From assembly GCA_022813865.1 (NCBI GenBank), contig JALDZX010000004.1, positions 248,001-312,000 of the forward strand: a DNA stretch of 64,000 bases, read 5' to 3'. Positions 61,945 to 64,000 of the stretch are shown here, piece after piece (the stretch's first letter is position 1; each line of letters starts with the position of its first letter). A program made the position numbers and the translations under genes. This stretch comes from Xylographa opegraphella. Taxonomy: Eukaryota. The notes below the pieces were generated by a model, which did not search any database, was not told the origin of the DNA, and worked only from the letters and a program-made list of their open reading frames with translations.

Positions 61945-64000
61945 ATGGCCCCGAAGATACAGCCTAAGCAGCAGCCGACTCGTCGCAGTAGCAGACAGCC
62001 CCACCAAGAAACAGAACCTGACACTGGCGAGCTACCAGGTGAACCATTGGGAGCGAGTCAGGACATCATTCAGGAAAGCGCAAAAATCAATGAGGACGGT
62101 GGATCTCAAAACAGTATCGACAATGCGACATCTGGCATTAGCCTGTCAGCCTCTAGTGCCCCCTCTACAACCACCCAGGTCCGACGCCCGGTACAGCGCC
62201 TTGACTCATTGAAGCGACGCAATGGTTCTAAAGTTTCCTCTTCATCTACAGCGGCTGGGGTGCCAGGAAACCGGCCTACGGGACTCAAATTCCAACCAAA
62301 GGCGGTTGTCCGTCGGACGAAAGAGGAACGAGAAGCACAAGAAAGGGTGGAGGAGGAGAAGAGACAAGCACGGCTTGTCGCCAATCCCAGCACAACATCT
62401 GAAAAGAACCGGGGTCAGTATGGGAGAGGTGGAATGCTGGATGGGCCAAAAAGAGGAGGTTTTCGAGGGGGCATGAGTGGATGGAGAACTGAAAGACGCG
62501 GTATTGGCCAAGCTACCGGCCCCTTGAGCGGCGGGCCCACCAATGAACAGATTGCTTCGAGACGAGGTAGAGCAGGACGAAGTAGCGCCACTATATCTGG
62601 ATCAATACATACGGAGGTCTCTAGATCCACATCAGCTTCGCTTACCGGATTGAAAACAGAACCAACAGTGAAGACAGAGAAGGACCAAGGTACTGCTATA
62701 AACAAAACTAGAAAGCCGTCAGGAAAGTCAAAGGATGCAAAGGTCAAACTCGAGGACTTTACCACGACTTATATTTCCTCAGACGCTGAGGTTGATGGGT
62801 CGGAAGGTCCGCGCGTCAATATTGAGCACATCAATCTTGTCAGTGATGAGGATTCGGAAGATGACACCGTCATAAGGAAAGGAAAAGAAAGGCAAAAATC
62901 TGTTAGAGCAGCAGGATGGAATCTGAAACCGATCCGCCTCGACAGACACGAACATGTTGAACGTCACGTTGGAGTCAATAGTGATGCCATTTTACTGACA
63001 TCCGCACAGCTGCGTCAAAAAGCGAACGAGCGATCCGAAGCTGAGGGCACTCTCTTCCTATCACAAGACGAGGACGATGACATGGTCAAGACGAGGCCGA
63101 AGAAGGTCAACTCCAAGGGTAAAGATGTTGAGTTTTTGAGGGACGAGAGACGATGGAAAGGTGTGTATCAAGACGAAGAGGATATACACGAACTCAAGAG
63201 AGTGAAAGAAGAACCTCTCGATGACGATGTTATGGCTATCGATGCTGCTCCAGATATCGCAACCAATGACGAAAGTTCCTTGACAGCCAAACAAGACTCG
63301 TCCCCAAACCCAATTTTGCAGGACATATCTGTAGGCCCAGAAGGAGATCAGGAACCCCGCTCGCCGAAGATCAAGCGACGGCGGAGATCCGCTTTCCGAG
63401 CCACAAAACCAGTACTGCAGACTGAGGAGGACCGGCAAGAATGGGAGCGTTACGAGGACAATATCACCGCGCTTGGTGAAGAGCTAGGCGACTCAGATAT
63501 TGTCACTACACCAGCTCCAGCGTCTAGCAATTTGGACGAAGACGTTAACATGGACATGGACGGAGAAGAAACGAAAGATAGAAGGCGTGGTCTAGTCTAT
63601 TTATTCCAGCTCCCGCCAATCGTGCCATACCTTGTAGATGCAACTGTTTCTACCGAGAACGACGAGATGCTGGGACACGAAGGGGCTTCGGTAGCACCAT
63701 CAAAGGATACACAGATGTCAGGTTCCGCAGTCAAGAAAACGGAACCAGTGGTCAAAATGGAGGATAGCACGCACAAACAGGCAGACGACATGGTCGCTAA
63801 TGCGCTTATGGCTGAAGACATCGACGACTTTGTGGGTAGTGTTGGGAAGCTCACCATGTACGATTCAGGATATATCGGCATCTCCTGGGGAGGAATCATG
63901 CATGACTTGAACAGGGGCTCTGAAGGCGAACTACTACAAGAGCTTGTCATATCAGATGTGTCGAGGGTCAAAAGTGAACCCGGCTCCATGGACGACAATG
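61945..64000 (+). CDS. RPC53: RNA polymerase III subunit RPC4/RPC53-like, truncated by window end
   Basis: Open frame from ATG 61945 to the window end; absent from the ORF track because there is no stop. Motifs GLKFQPKAVVRRTKEERE, YLFQLPP and VGKLTMYDSGYIGISWGG...LLQELVI match the RPC4 C-terminal domain. Confidence 0.87.
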   Translation, partial: MAPKIQPKQQPTRRSSRQPHQETEPDTGELPGEPLGASQDIIQESAKINEDGGSQNSIDNATSGISLSASSAPSTTTQVRRPVQRLDSLKRRNGSKVSSSSTAAGVPGNRPTGLKFQPKAVVRRTKEEREAQERVEEEKRQARLVANPSTTSEKNRGQYGRGGMLDGPKRGGFRGGMSGWRTERRGIGQATGPLSGGPTNEQIASRRGRAGRSSATISGSIHTEVSRSTSASLTGLKTEPTVKTEKDQGTAINKTRKPSGKSKDAKVKLEDFTTTYISSDAEVDGSEGPRVNIEHINLVSDEDSEDDTVIRKGKERQKSVRAAGWNLKPIRLDRHEHVERHVGVNSDAILLTSAQLRQKANERSEAEGTLFLSQDEDDDMVKTRPKKVNSKGKDVEFLRDERRWKGVYQDEEDIHELKRVKEEPLDDDVMAIDAAPDIATNDESSLTAKQDSSPNPILQDISVGPEGDQEPRSPKIKRRRRSAFRATKPVLQTEEDRQEWERYEDNITALGEELGDSDIVTTPAPASSNLDEDVNMDMDGEETKDRRRGLVYLFQLPPIVPYLVDATVSTENDEMLGHEGASVAPSKDTQMSGSAVKKTEPVVKMEDSTHKQADDMVANALMAEDIDDFVGSVGKLTMYDSGYIGISWGGIMHDLNRGSEGELLQELVISDVSRVKSEPGSMDDN

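Overview
Gene-dense, intron-containing DNA from a filamentous ascomycete (Pezizomycotina; Eurotiomycetes-like by protein style, which is an inference). There is one 28-N assembly gap. About 17 genes or gene relics can be rebuilt by hand from splice signals. They include vac8, an RfeF-like vWA protein with Q/G/Y/P-rich tails, a GT34 glycosyltransferase, and a FEX/CrcB fluoride exporter head-to-head with a uracil phosphoribosyltransferase whose frame is broken. Further along are an AmdA-like C2H2 factor, two orphan F-box-like genes, an RNAi RdRP with a GC-AG intron, a Cdc25-type Ras GEF and a PTH11-like membrane protein. The window ends with a decayed UstYa/DUF3328 oxidase, a Clb3-like cyclin, a Zn2Cys6 factor and a truncated Pol III RPC4 subunit. 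I found no convincing tRNA, rRNA, transposon or CRISPR feature, and no complete novel system. The best leads are: GC-rich gene islands that switch from C-rich at the 5' end to G-rich at the 3' end; the DUF3328 pseudogene with no visible RiPP precursor; the FEX-UPRT divergent pair with a 14-bp tandem repeat; and plausible alternative-splicing switches in the RfeF-like and Cdc25 genes.
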